Source: Azolla caroliniana (lineage: Eukaryota > Plantae > Polypodiophyta). Taken from it: 64,000 nucleotides of DNA. The stretch covers positions 1,612,001 to 1,676,000 of the forward strand of contig JBHGNT010000001.1 in the NCBI GenBank assembly GCA_043228905.1, given 5' to 3'. Below, piece after piece: positions 37,701 through 50,208 of this stretch (the first letter of the stretch is position 1; each line of letters starts with the position of its first letter). A program made the position numbers and the translations under genes. The notes below the pieces were generated by a model. It was not told the origin of the DNA, did no database searches, and saw only the letters and a program-made list of their open reading frames with translations.

Positions 37701-39756
37701 CTTTTAGTATTTTTTATCTTTGGCTCGCCCGAAGTCATGTTCTATTAGCAGTACATAGTCCATCAGGGGGTGTACCGAATGGTACGAGTGAGATACATGC
37801 ACAGGATGACCTCTAGGATATGATGAGACTCGCACCACGTTCCATCATGCAACTTGTAGACAGGCTACATTTTACCTTCTTCATCGTCGAAACCATCATT
37901 GTTGTCACCGTCACCATCTTCGTCGTCGTCACTTACGGGCACAAACCGCCCTTTTTAGGCATGTATGTTGGTGCGGGGAGACTCGAACCTCCAACCTAGC
38001 GGTTGGAGTGTCCCCCCATTACCATTACACCAACACATCATGGGTAATTTCCAGAGGAACTTCTCACATAATTCTACTAATTGATCATTTGTAAGTAGCA
38101 AACCCTACTTGGCATAAAATCCTTCTCATTCCTACACACTGGAGCCATTTGAGTTCAGATAACTGGTTCATAACTAATTTTGGGATGCTTGGTATACAGT
38201 CTTTACCTACCACCAATGTCTGTTAGAGAGTTATTTGTCTCCTGTATCTCGACTCTAGAGGCAGGGCCCAGTGTGCATGATGATGTTACTAAGGCTATTT
38301 GTTGACCAGTAGGCACATTGAACGTAGGGAAAACCATAGACATCTTATGTTGCATAGGGAAAACCATAGACACCTTGCCACTCATTTCCATATGTATTGT
38401 GTGCACTGTGTAGAGACATGCTAGTAATGCATGATTGGCAACAATCCACCAGCTCTTAGCTCCAGCCAACTGTACTATCCTTGAGTTGTTTTTTCCTTTC
38501 TTACTGAAGAAAAGTGGACATAGACCATTATTTGGGTTTTAAAACAGTGTAGACAACCCAGTTGATTGCAGTATTCACAATATGAATGCTTGGACTCATT
38601 GGTTGAAGTTTTTTCTTTCCTAGAGGTGCTGCAGAATGGTAGATGTAGGGAAATCTAGATATATGTGGAATGGTACTGTTCAATGTAATTTAATGAAACA
38701 TGAAGTTGTGGCTTGAGTGGGTGTGAATAATTTAGAATTTAGTCTGAAGTTGTATTTTTCGTGAGCAACGGCATTGGAGGAGGGATGATAGTAAGTTAAT
38801 TAGTTGACCATTTGGCAAATGCAGCGTATGATCTCTGTCATTTGTCTTGAATAAGTAGACTGCAAGTATAAGTTAGTATTGAAATCATTATTTTATACAT
38901 TCTTTTTGTTTTTCTTAAGCAGAAATGACACATCACCGATACTAGAAGAGTGCAGATGCTATACATGTGTGAAACATACGAAAGCGTATATAAATCATTT
39001 ACTGAATACACATGAAATGTTGGCTCAGACTCTCCTTGATATGTGAGTATTACTTATGGGAATAATTATTTTTTGTTTCCAAATGAATACTAGATGGTCC
39101 AGGATATGGGTTATATTCCTCTTTCTATCAATCATCTCTCCAATATGCTAAATATTGTTGCTTTTCTTGTATCTTATTTTGTAGATTATATTAGTATCAT
39201 ATGTTTGGTTTTGCCTTTCAGGATATGTCAATTCGTTTATTTTTATGTATTGTGCTGCATTACTCTTCAGTTTTTGAACTTGCTCTTTGGACACAATCAT
39301 ATAAAAAGAGCAAAACCTGATTCACTAGCGTTCACGTTCAAGTTGCTATAGGAATATATCATGAAACGTAGTCCCATTATAGCGCTTATTTTGCGTTATC
39401 ATTTCTGTTATCCTACTTCAATAGTTCTGTATGATGAGACATAAAACATAAAACTACTATGTTTTGGTTTTCAAGTGTTGAGGTTGTCTTCTTGCAAACT
39501 ATATAGATAAGGTAATCCTTTGTAATTGTGCATTTGGCATGTTGAGATTGTCAACACTTTAGTATCTTGTGAATAGAATCTAATAAAGACCCTCTTTCTA
39601 CAATTGTTTTGCAGACATAATACACATCATTACTTGAATTTTTTTAAAGCAATAAGGGAGTCTATACAAGGCGGTTATTTTACAAAATTCCGGGTGTGGT
39701 TTGTTGGTGGGAGAAGAGAGGTTATTGAAAATATTCCTATGTTGTGTACTATCTAG
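31722..39756 (+). CDS. QTRT2: Queuine tRNA-ribosyltransferase accessory subunit 2, about 414 aa
   Basis: Exons 31722-31963, 32609-32783, 32877-33035, 34847-34943, 36281-36351, 36430-36481, 36564-36612, 36690-36827, 38923-39042, 39615-39756. Motifs RARVG, TPCLLLSTRKG, RTLCWLDQC, GMPEEVLQAVSAGVDVFDSTYP, Zn site CRCYTC, YINHLLNTHEMLAQTLLDIHNTHHY. Confidence 0.92.
36613..36689 (+). other. U12-type (minor spliceosome) GT-AG intron
   Basis: Donor GTATCCTT. Branch-site-like TCCTTAAAT at 36674-36682 lies just before CAG, with no polypyrimidine tract. Removal restores FDST-YPHVLT. Confidence 0.8.
37704..38045 (-). mobile_element. tRNA-derived SINE, 342 bp, with 17-bp target-site duplication
   Basis: TSD aatttccagaggaactt at 37687-37703 and 38046-38062. 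A box TGGTGTAATGG (38032-38022), B box GGTTCGAGTCT (37989-37979). A-rich 3' tail. No T4 run on the transcribed strand. Confidence 0.88.
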
Positions 39757-40832
39757 CAGCTCCCTCCAATTAACCATATTGTTGCATCAAGGGACAGGAA
39801 TGTATTAAATGAGAGTAAGAATTTTTGACAGGGGAGCTTCTAGGATGGTTGCCACATCCATTAAAATGTACTTAAATGATGTTAAAACATATATTCGGAT
39901 GATGTAAAAGGTGATGCCATTCTACTGTCAAACTGTAATCTTGAAAGGGCCTATGCCATTCTCTCAAGAGATATGATTGTTTGTCTGAAAATGCACAAGA
40001 TAGTGTTGATAGGCATGAAGAATAAAATTCCACTACTTTGATACATTTAACCACTGAATAGCTTTGTGATTATGGTTGTAAAGCATGTGCTCACTCAATA
40101 AGCAATGCAACCATTTACATTCCAGTAGTGTTGTGCATGCCATAACATTTATCACGTCCCTCTTCTAATCAAGGATGAGCGCAAAAAAGGTATTTTCAAG
40201 GCTGAGTCCCTGGAACTGCACCTTTGAAACAAGTACTAATACATTGGACCACAACAAACTGTTAAAGGATCATTCAGTTGTCAGGGTTCTCTCAACACAT
40301 GCATGACTTGAATGCACAAAATCATACATTAACTAACACATGCCTAAGGATTCACATAACTGGGCCTCAACACAACAAATACGGCCAGGTAGAAGGTGAG
40401 GCTCAAAGCACTTTTCGGGAGATGAAAGAGGAAGTGGTAACATCATAGATTCATATAAATGAAAGAGTAGGGTGAGAGAAACCAAGAAAGAGTGTATAAA
40501 ATAAATCCTTGAATGGAAGGTCGGACGTGGCAGTAACCAGACTTTTGCATGAGGTGACTTGCTCCAACTAGATAATATAAAGGTGATTGTTAACCAAATC
40601 ATGGAAGTGTAAAAACCATTCCTCCAATAGTCTTTCAAAATAATAAAACCAATCATAACATTAGAATGTAGAGGTTTATTTAAAGTCTTTCAAAGTGTGA
40701 TGTAAATAACCTAGTGATCCAACCTTTGATGATATGTTATTGTTAATTATTTAATCATGTAATTATACAGCCTCCAATATAGAGTAGCAACAGAAATTTA
40801 GAAAGATGGCCAATTGTTTATCATCATCATCA

Positions 40833-41663
40833 TCATCCATAGCATCTGATAGGATCATTGCAGCCTTTCCTGGCTGATTGTTTGAGACCGAAACGACCAC
40901 CATTCTCAAGATATTGCTGGTGATACTCTTCTGCAGGGAAAAACTCGGCTGCTGGCAGAATCTCAGTCATAATCTTTTTCTCAAGATGATGTTCTTCTTT
41001 CTCCAACGAAGACTTCGCTAGTTGCTCATGTTCAGGGACGTGGAAGTAGATGCCTGACCGATACTGTGTGCCAATATCATTTCCCTTCAAAATGCAGACA
41101 CAAAATTTTCAGATACTAGCTTTAGTATATATATATATATATGTACTAAAGCTACAACACTTATTTCATACAGTGTACACATATCCCTGGCTCAAATTAT
41201 AACACTATTCTACTGACCTGTCCATTAGATTGTGTGGGATCATGTTTGCTCCAAAACACCTTCAAAAGTTCCTCATACGTTACTTGATCTGAATCATACT
41301 CAACCAGAACTGCTTCCACATGATTTGTTTTCCCAGAGCATACTTCTTGATAAGTAGGGTTCTTCGTAGTACCCTGGGTGTACCCTACAGTGGTCTGGTC
41401 GCATAAATATTGTAGTGATTGTTTAATAAAAATGGATATCATTGTAAATTGTTTGATTAACGTGCAGCACCATTGCTGAATTGGTAACATGTGCATGACA
41501 GAAGGAAAAAGAAGTAGGCAAACAAATGGTCCAAACAAGGGATTAACAAAATGGATCGGAATTAACAAAATATGCTCACCTTTACTACACCAGGAACTCG
41601 TTGGAATGCCAACTCAACACTCCAGAAACACCCGGCAGCAAAGGTTGCTTGTTGGATTGCCAT
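40833..41663 (-). CDS. MSRA: Peptide methionine sulfoxide reductase A, 170 aa, probably cytosolic
   Basis: Exons 41663-41580, 41394-41218, 41084-40833. Motifs [64 protein letters not shown]. Probable 5' UTR intron donor near 42004. Confidence 0.95.
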
Positions 41664-43799
41664 AATGACTTACAGATTTAGAATAATAATGAGTTTTGCA
41701 GCTACATGAAAACGAGAAACTATCAATAAAACCAAACCATATATAAACAAAGCCTCTCTGATAATCAAACAAAGACTATAACTATAGTCCTATAGGCCAT
41801 AGTTGACCTCTGAGAATGATAGTAAAAACTATACATTTATCTATCTGAACAGAAAGATGATCAAACAAGTACTGAACGTCTATGAAATGGATCTCTCTCT
41901 CTCTCTCTCTCTCTCTCCAAAACACAACAAAAAAGACACTAAATATGTATGAAAACAATTCTGTGTGTGTGTGAGAGAGACATAGAGATTATGCAAAAGC
42001 TTACCTGAATATTTCCACGATCAGGGGAAGCAACAGAGATGTACGAAAAATGATCTGCAATTAAAAGGCTCCTTTATTCTAAACCTTCTTCGAAAGCTCC
42101 CTCTCTTCCTTTCTCTGTTGTTTTATAACAAAAGTCTTCTCTCATATGTAAGTCTTAAAAAAACAAGAGAGAGCTTCACATAGCCAAGGTCATCCATCAC
42201 TTCTAAAGTTGCTACACATCCGAGTACATTATAATAAATTACAATATTGAACTTATTAGATATAGCAATAAACTTCTCTGTCCAACCATTGCTTGGCTAC
42301 AACTCCAGAGTAACCCTAGATTAGGAGTCAAAGAATATGTAATGACTCTTACAACTTCTAAACTTAGTCGTCCATTTAATTAGGCCATGAGTTATTTTGT
42401 CTTGCTTATCCATGATTCGTTCTAGTTTGTGAGGTGGTTCCAAAAGTTTTCAAAGTATCAACCATTTGGTTACAACCAGCGAATGTTTTTTTGCTCAATC
42501 AACAAACAAGAAAAATGTAGAGAACTGCGGAAGATTCGAGTAGACATACCTTCGATGCATGCATTCCATATGTTTGGCAAATATCTAGAATGTTGAAACT
42601 TGTCATTAAGTAAGTTATGCAAGCAAGCAATCTAGATTGCAATTGATACATCATCATGGATAGACCATGACTTCATATCATCCACCTAATCTATAACAAT
42701 TATAGGGAAGGATTGGGGTGCATTGCTCCCCAATGGCAAAGACCACATCATAATGCATAAAACTAGTTACCTTTCAACTCCACACAATTCTATATGCCTC
42801 TATGGCTTCTTAAGTTCATCTAAAATTAACACACACCTAATCACTACACTAATTAAAAATATATGTTGGTCTCAATTAAATAGATAATTGCTACACAAGG
42901 AACATATGAGTTGTCTCAAATAATCGATAATATATATATATACCTCAATTAATTAATGTGAAAAAGCTCATGGAAGAAAGTGATTCTTAATGGATACAAA
43001 CAGGAGAGATTGCATACCAATAACTAGTCAGTTAGGGCACCCAAGTTCCCCTTTTACATGAGAGCTCTTGCCCTTTAATATAATTTGGAAACCTGAAAAG
43101 GTTGCTTTCATATTACAAGCCCATTAATCATTAGCCACTTGTACAAAATATAAGGTAGTTCCCCAAAAATCACAATATGAGGAGATTTGAAATGTTAAGC
43201 CTTATAGGGTTGTTAGAACTAAAGAATGTGATGTAATTTCACTAAATAATTATCCATGATTGGAAAAGGTCATCATTCGAAATAAATACGCCTTGCCATT
43301 GATCTCATACCCTTTAGATTAGATGGCGCATAGTCATTTTAAGTGTATCATTGTTAAAGGAATTGTTAATTATATTGCACTTTTAGTAACTTAGAAATTG
43401 TTCTACTTTGGTCGTGAGTGAGAACCCAAAGATCCGAATCTTCATCTTCGAGGATTCAATACTAGTCATAAATAGTGTAATCCTTATCACTTTGTTTTAT
43501 CTCATGTTGGGGCTTATTTGTTTCTTCAAATAACACGCCTATGAGTATAAAAGTAAGTATAATACATAATGTTAATAAATTCATGAAAACCTAAATATTA
43601 AAACTATTATTATTAGTTATTTGAGAACTTCTAAAGACAATACTCTAATTATAAATATGTGTAAATTCTACTTTCGTTACATCATGATATAAACTTAATG
43701 ATAAAATAATAGTAGACACCATGTTCAATGCACGATGTGGGATATTTGTTAGGATTTTCAAACTTTTGTGGCAAGCTCATCAAGATTATTTCAAGATTT

Positions 43800-45900
43800 G
43801 TACATGAACTTCAAGTGCAATTGTAGCATTTGACAACTTAAAGCAAGCGTTTACATTCATCCCAATTTCAGTCCATGTTGATCTAATCAAGCTGGTTTTC
43901 ATGGAAGTTGACAAATTTGGTATTCCATGCAACAACATGTATCTAGCACCTTTTCATTGGCAAAAACATTGACGCTACAAAAATCAATTACAAAATTCAT
44001 GAGCTTCTAGTTGTTTATTATTGTGTAGTGGCACCTATTTTTGGAGGGTTCTCCTAACCAAATCATCATGTATAATGATCATAAGTGCCTCGCATGTATC
44101 AAATTCGATGCCCAATTCTTGAATAAACGATAAGATCATTAGGTGTAGTTTCGAATCACATGTTTTAATTTCCTAATATTGTATGGCATGGGTGTTCATC
44201 TCACCACTCTTATTTGATGCCTTGTCCAAATAGAGTTTGTTTTGACCATTAGAACCAAATCCTTTTGGGTCTTGATCACCTATGACATATGATAGCTAAT
44301 TTCTTCAAAGCATCCCTAAATTCAAGCATCCTTGATTCCATTTGCACAAATGTCTATCTAGATAATTCCTCAATAAAACATGTTTCATATTGTTCCAAAC
44401 ACTCTCATATGACAATGCCTCTTGATAAAAAAAACTTGTTTCACATTATTCCAAGCACTTTTTCATATGGATTACCATTAGCTCAAGTGTAGCAATGGAA
44501 CATTTAAAAAAAATTCTTATTTGTGCTTCTAATGGTCTTTGTCTTTAGATATGAGAGTATGACCATGATACCCAAACGGGATCATGACAAATCATTTTTT
44601 AGTGCATAGGACTTAGAACTAGCGATCATGTGTGTTGGTGTATACGTAACCCGATCATGTCACCCACAAAGGTGCATGACATTCATTTTTGAGTGCGTAA
44701 AGACTTACAACTAGTGATGATGTATATTTGTTTGCACAATATTATGAATAAGCCAACATACAAATGAGAAAATAACCCATGTTGTGTGTGCAGAAGACTT
44801 ATGACTAGTGATGATGTATGTTGGCGTAACTAGGTCAAAACCTATTCTCATTATAGTGTATTAGTTCATTGAGATGAGAAATTTCTTTCCATGCAGCAAT
44901 TGCTAATATTCAAGAGGCAACATATTTGATTATATGTGAAATATTCAAGCATCATGATTCTCCAAATGACATCGTTGGCCAATGTGGACCATAATTCATC
45001 TTGAAATATTGAAGCACTTGCTCAAGCTAGACAAAATCTCTTGTAAGATCTCTTTCAGTTTTTATGCACATATTGATAATTAAATTGAAAGCACAAATAA
45101 TATATGCTAGAGTAGTATCTTAGTTGCTTCATCAACCATAAAGATGATGATTGGGTTGACTGGGAACTGCTTACATTTTATGGAATGACCAAACAATATG
45201 GGAATTCACACAGAATCTTGCGAATACCCTAGATCTTGTAACAAATTTTCATGATTGATATCCATATACACCCATGCTTTGATTGTGTTGTGTGCATCTT
45301 GGCTCATGGTACTTGTCATTAAACTCATGTTACTCTAACATGCCATGCAACAGTTATTGTAACACATTTTATAGGCGCTATCCTTGTTCTTCTTGCATGT
45401 AAATATTCAATCCTTCTTTCTTTTCTTTTTCTCATTTCCTTTTCCAATTCAATGCCTTTTTGGCTTTGGCCCTAACATTCACCACCTTGCCTTGAATGCA
45501 TGCATAATCTTCATTAGTTGTAGCCATGACAATTGTACACAACGCGTTCTCATTCCGCTTTTCCATACTACCAAATTCCATTGATGACCAACTAGTTCTT
45601 TGGATCTATTGTTCCCATTGACTCATTAGAAGCTAACATGGTGGACATCTTGAAATGTACGAAATGTATTTCACCTCATTGAGATTCCCTGCCAGAAGTA
45701 CTAATAGTTATGGAATGGACATGTTACGAGTCCCGTATCCAACATTGCTTGCAAAATCCTATATGGGCCACTTAACCAAGCACTCATAGACCTTGATTAG
45801 TTGATTTTGTCCTTGCTCAAGTCTCATATTCCAAAAACCTTTGTTGAGGAACGAGTGTAGAAGTGGTATAGCATATACTCAAAAGAGTAACCAATGAAAC
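43800..45900 (-). mobile_element. Highly decayed LTR-retrotransposon integrase relic (gypsy-like)
   Basis: Scattered broken motifs only: CYT*ANG...KVLGI near 44450-44495 and SGPYRI near 45760-45775. Boundaries are uncertain. Confidence 0.3.
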
Positions 45901-47488
45901 TAAAAGTAGTGCACTAAAGGGGACTATGTTAGAGGGGGAAACAAATACATATAAATAAGTGGTGAAGTGAAGAAATAACACCAAAACTCTCTCTAAGTTT
46001 CTTTGAAATGCATAAAGTTGTTAAATTAAATTCGCTAGTCAATCCATGGACCACACTCAAGAGGGTGGTTGGTGCTTGTTTACACCAATGAGAACTATCT
46101 TGATTCGGTTGCTTTGGAAGCTCTGATTGAAAGTGAGGTTGTGCGAATTAAACTGGGTTTGTCTGGCATCCCGCCGATTAAGCTTTCGGTTAGAGCTTTG
46201 AAAGCATATGTGCACCAGGGGATGAGATGACACATTAATTTGAGCAAGGGTGTCACTGATGACATGGAGCTAACATAGGTATAGCGATCAAAGAGGAAAA
46301 GAAAAGTGGATGAGAATCTAGAGATCGAGAGACGGATCAAGGCGAGGGTGAGGAAAAGGGTTAGGAGGGGGTAATAAAATTCCACCCATAATAAAGAGGA
46401 AACACTTTTTTATCGTTTTTAGCCAAAAGGGAGGGTACTTTTTTACTTTCTATCTTGTCTACATGTCTTTGTTCCTTTATCTTCCTTTCTTTTGTGTGTG
46501 TTTGTGTGTGTGTATGCGCCCTTTTTCTTAATAGTTTTGTTGTTTTGTCCCCTTCACAGCTCACCTTGTGGCAGAGCAAGCCTGGGCAATGTCTCTCACT
46601 TTTTCATCATTTCCTCACTCTTTTGTGTTTTTTGTTTTTACTTTCTTTTCTTCTTCATCTTCTTTACTTGGTTTGTTTGTTTCCTTAATTTTACTCCCAC
46701 GCTATCTCGATCACTCCCTCTCTTGCATCTCGCTCTCACACGAGACAAAGGTTTAAGATGTAATCTCTCTCTCGTGCGGTCCGGCACATACACCATTTTC
46801 AGCCTCTTAAAAGACGGTAATATATACGATTCTCTCCCTCCCTCCCTCCCTCTCATTCAGGGGTGTAAAGGTTGCAAAAGAAAATAAAGGAAAAGGAAAA
46901 GCACATCAAAATCTTCTTTCTCTATATCACATTTAGCCTTTTTCGCTTTTTAAACTCGTATTCGTCTTCTCCTCCTTTGTTAAATTTTTTTCTTTTTCTT
47001 TCGTTTGTTGTGGTTTTGTCGTTTTCCATAACGTGGGTACGTCATGTGGTGGTGGTGGTGGTGGTGGTGAGGAGAAGGCATGAATGGATCAATCCTTTAT
47101 ACTCTACTAGTACTAGTAGTAAGTATGTATGAATGGACACAGATTGAGAGTGTGGAGTGGAGTGGAGGGAAAAGAAAGGGAAGGGAAAGGTAAGGTTACA
47201 TCTGTAAATAACCAAAACCTACTTTTAAGTTCTTTATCTAATAAACTTCAACCAACACTTAAAATAAGTTTTGGAGTCTAGCCAAAGCAGCCAGCTAAAA
47301 AGGTTCTCTCTCTTTCTCTCTCCTCTCCCCTGTTCCATTACCAAATCTCAAGTGTAAAAAAAACACACCCCTTCCTTCCTCCAAATCTTTCTACCTTGAT
47401 CTGGTCATACCCATTCCAATCACATTTCTAAGGTCCTCTCCACTTAATTAATCTCTGCCTCCCCAATGTTCAGAATCCTGTAACTCCA

Positions 47489-47530
47489 CAATCCCAATCC
47501 CAATCCCAATCCCAATCCCAACCCTAATCC
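47489..47530. repeat. (CAATCC)n hexamer repeat upstream of the TCP gene
   Basis: Five caatcc units followed by caaccctaatcc. Confidence 0.8.
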
Positions 47531-47994
47531 ATCATGTTCTGTTTTCCTTGTTTGCCCCATTAAATCCTAGCTCTGGATTGAGCTCATAAGGCATGCCTAA
47601 TTTGTGTAGCTAACTATTTGTAAAGAAGACTAAAGGAATCCATAGATTCCAATATGTCATATTGGATCCATATACATAATATATATGGCTAGCTAATGAT
47701 CTGGTGTAAACACACAAGGGTTCATACCAGAAACCATTCAATGATCTCCTCTACTTATTTGCATACATGTATGCACATGTAGCATCCCATTTTTCTGCAT
47801 GGATAGATCGATAGGTCGATCGATCTATTCACTAACAGACGACTCCGTCACTTGGTAACTCCATTACAATGTGCTCCTAATGTAATTAGATCAGGAGAAG
47901 GGTACCCAATCTCTCATTGCATCATTCCAAGTGAAGTCAGGTCAACTATATATGATCTTATTGTAGGGCCAGTCAATTCCAAAATACAGGAACC

Positions 47995-50208
47995 ATGGTG
48001 ATGAATGGTGCAATCTCTAGTTCCACTGCTACAAATCCAACTCTTGATGCATCTTTGGCAATCTCAAGCACGGGTAATAGCATTGCACCCTCTCAACATC
48101 AACATCATCAAAGTCAAGATCAAGCTGGAGCAGAAGAAGAAGAAGAAGACCAGGAAGAAGAGGACGAAGAAGACGAAGAAGAAGAAAGGGATCAAGGTCA
48201 AGAGAGAAGAAGAGGAAGAGAGGCACAAATAGAAGAAGGAGGAGGACGAGGAGAAGAAGAAGATCAGGTCATTGCAAGCAGTAGCAGTAAAACATTACCC
48301 TTGCCATTGAAGCAGTTAGCTGGGCCCTCCGCACATGGTCAATCTAGCACACCTACTAATAACATAGGGAATATGGTGCTGGGGCATCATCACCATCATC
48401 ACCATCACCATCTGAACCCTAATTCCAACAACATTGAGCTTAACGTTGTCCCCAAGAAGCCTGCCCCTAAGAGGAGCTCCACTAAAGACCGGCACACCAA
48501 AGTGGATGGGCGGGGCAGGCGGATCCGGATGCCTGCTGCGTGCGCGGCCCGGATCTTCCAACTCACGCGTGAATTGGGCCACAAGTCGGACGGAGAGACG
48601 GTGGAGTGGCTGCTCCACCACGCGGAGCCTGCCGTGATTGCCGCAACCGGCACCGGCACGATCCCGGCCTCCTTCCAGACCTCCAGTGGCTCCATGCGCT
48701 CCATCATGCCTTCCTCGTACTCTAACCTTAACCCCTCACCCTCCACATCCAACACTCATCACGCTGCATCCCGGAACCCTAGCGCCGCAAACAGCATGAT
48801 GATTACCGGAAACTTCCACCATGTCGGCGGCACCACAGCGCTTGGATTGTCGGCCCTGAGCCGGGATGTGGGGAATTCGGATCACCATGCAGGTTATAGT
48901 GGCCGGACACCTCGTACGGATGATCACTGGGACCATCATCATCATCATCTAGGGGGTGCTACTCCTCCACATGATCAACACGGCACGCATATGAGGAGTA
49001 TGGGGTTATACATTGGTCAAGGAGATCATCATCATCATCATCATCATCACGCATCCTTGGGGCATAATCAGCATCAGGATGCGATTGCCATGTCCGGCTT
49101 GCAACAACATCCGGATCAGAGTGGTTTGAATCATATGGTGGTGGTCGAGCAGACAGGGGAAGGAACTGGGGCCGGAGGGGGTGGAGGTTCAGATTCACCT
49201 AGCAAAAAGAGGCTGAGAGTTGGACCTTTGAGCCATCTGAAGGATCATGTGGATCAACAGCAAACATCGGATATCACAAGGCCATTGCTGTCGGTGATGA
49301 GGCCGATGAGTACGTCAACTGCGACACCATCTCACATTTACGGGGGCGCGGGCGCGGTAGGGGTAGGGGGTGCGGGTGCAGGCTCGGGCGGTTTGATGCC
49401 AATGTGGGCACTTGCAGCCGGGCCGACACCGCCGGCATTAACCAACAGCATGATCAACACAGGATTGCCGGGGGCATTTTGGATGCTTCCGGTGACCGGC
49501 ACCGGAGGCGGCAATGGCGGCACCATTTTGTCAGGTCCTTCTCTCGACCCACAACAACAACAGCAACAACACCATCATCATCAACAACAACAACAGCAGC
49601 AGCAATTGTGGGCATTCCCCAGTGCACATGGTCCTTCGAATGCTGGAGCCATGTATCGTATGCACGCAATGCCTGGCCCGACAGGTGAATATCTCTCTCC
49701 ATCCACGGCCACGACATCGGCTTCCACTTCCGATGTGGCCGGCAGTGGCGGATCGACACCACCCATGCTCCCAACTACAAGTTCACTCTCATTCATGCAT
49801 AGAATAGGAGGTGGGATGGGTGCCACTAATATGGACCACAGTTTCATACCAGGTCACCACCATGGGGTTCAATATGGGCACCATGCCATAAGCAGCCTGC
49901 ACGTGCCAGTGATGGGGTCATCATCATCATCATCATCATCTTCTTCTTCTAGTGCAGACCAACATCTGGGTATGCTTGCCCATGCTTTCAATGTGAATGC
50001 ATTTCCCACTAGTGTGATCTCTAGGTCGAGCCCATCTACCCTTGTGCCGCACGAGGACGAACAAACCCATAATGTCGGAGCCGGCACCACTGTATCCCGT
50101 CATAATCCTCATCATCATCGCCATCAGCGCCGACATATCGAAGGTACGCCTAGCGAGGCAGCTAGCGGTGGTGGTGGTGATCGTGACGCCGGAACCAATT
50201 CTCAATAA
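47995..50208 (+). CDS. Class I TCP transcription factor, intronless, 737 aa
   Basis: TCP domain [64 protein letters not shown], with class I spacing. Also MWA, FWMLP and LWAFP motifs, and E/H/Q/S homopolymers. Confidence 0.93.
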   Translation: MVMNGAISSSTATNPTLDASLAISSTGNSIAPSQHQHHQSQDQAGAEEEEEDQEEEDEEDEEEERDQGQERRRGREAQIEEGGGRGEEEDQVIASSSSKTLPLPLKQLAGPSAHGQSSTPTNNIGNMVLGHHHHHHHHHLNPNSNNIELNVVPKKPAPKRSSTKDRHTKVDGRGRRIRMPAACAARIFQLTRELGHKSDGETVEWLLHHAEPAVIAATGTGTIPASFQTSSGSMRSIMPSSYSNLNPSPSTSNTHHAASRNPSAANSMMITGNFHHVGGTTALGLSALSRDVGNSDHHAGYSGRTPRTDDHWDHHHHHLGGATPPHDQHGTHMRSMGLYIGQGDHHHHHHHHASLGHNQHQDAIAMSGLQQHPDQSGLNHMVVVEQTGEGTGAGGGGGSDSPSKKRLRVGPLSHLKDHVDQQQTSDITRPLLSVMRPMSTSTATPSHIYGGAGAVGVGGAGAGSGGLMPMWALAAGPTPPALTNSMINTGLPGAFWMLPVTGTGGGNGGTILSGPSLDPQQQQQQHHHHQQQQQQQQLWAFPSAHGPSNAGAMYRMHAMPGPTGEYLSPSTATTSASTSDVAGSGGSTPPMLPTTSSLSFMHRIGGGMGATNMDHSFIPGHHHGVQYGHHAISSLHVPVMGSSSSSSSSSSSSADQHLGMLAHAFNVNAFPTSVISRSSPSTLVPHEDEQTHNVGAGTTVSRHNPHHHRHQRRHIEGTPSEAASGGGGDRDAGTNSQ

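Noticed and set aside
37725-37900. Hammerhead ribozyme in the SINE tail
   Set aside because: Only CTGATGG (minus) and ATGATGAG (plus) are present. There is no CUGAUGA...GAAA core with supporting stems.
37965-38040. Functional tRNA gene on the minus strand
   Set aside because: No canonical D-arm or anticodon-arm geometry and no T4 terminator. It sits within a TSD-flanked element, so it is a SINE head.
18246-39756. Functional RNA-modification cluster (AlkB-family gene plus QTRT2)
   Set aside because: The genes are separated by the unrelated CHUP1-like gene and show no shared regulatory evidence. Chance neighbourhood is sufficient.
47489-47530. Interstitial telomere
   Set aside because: The unit is CAATCC rather than CCCTAAA, and the tract is short.
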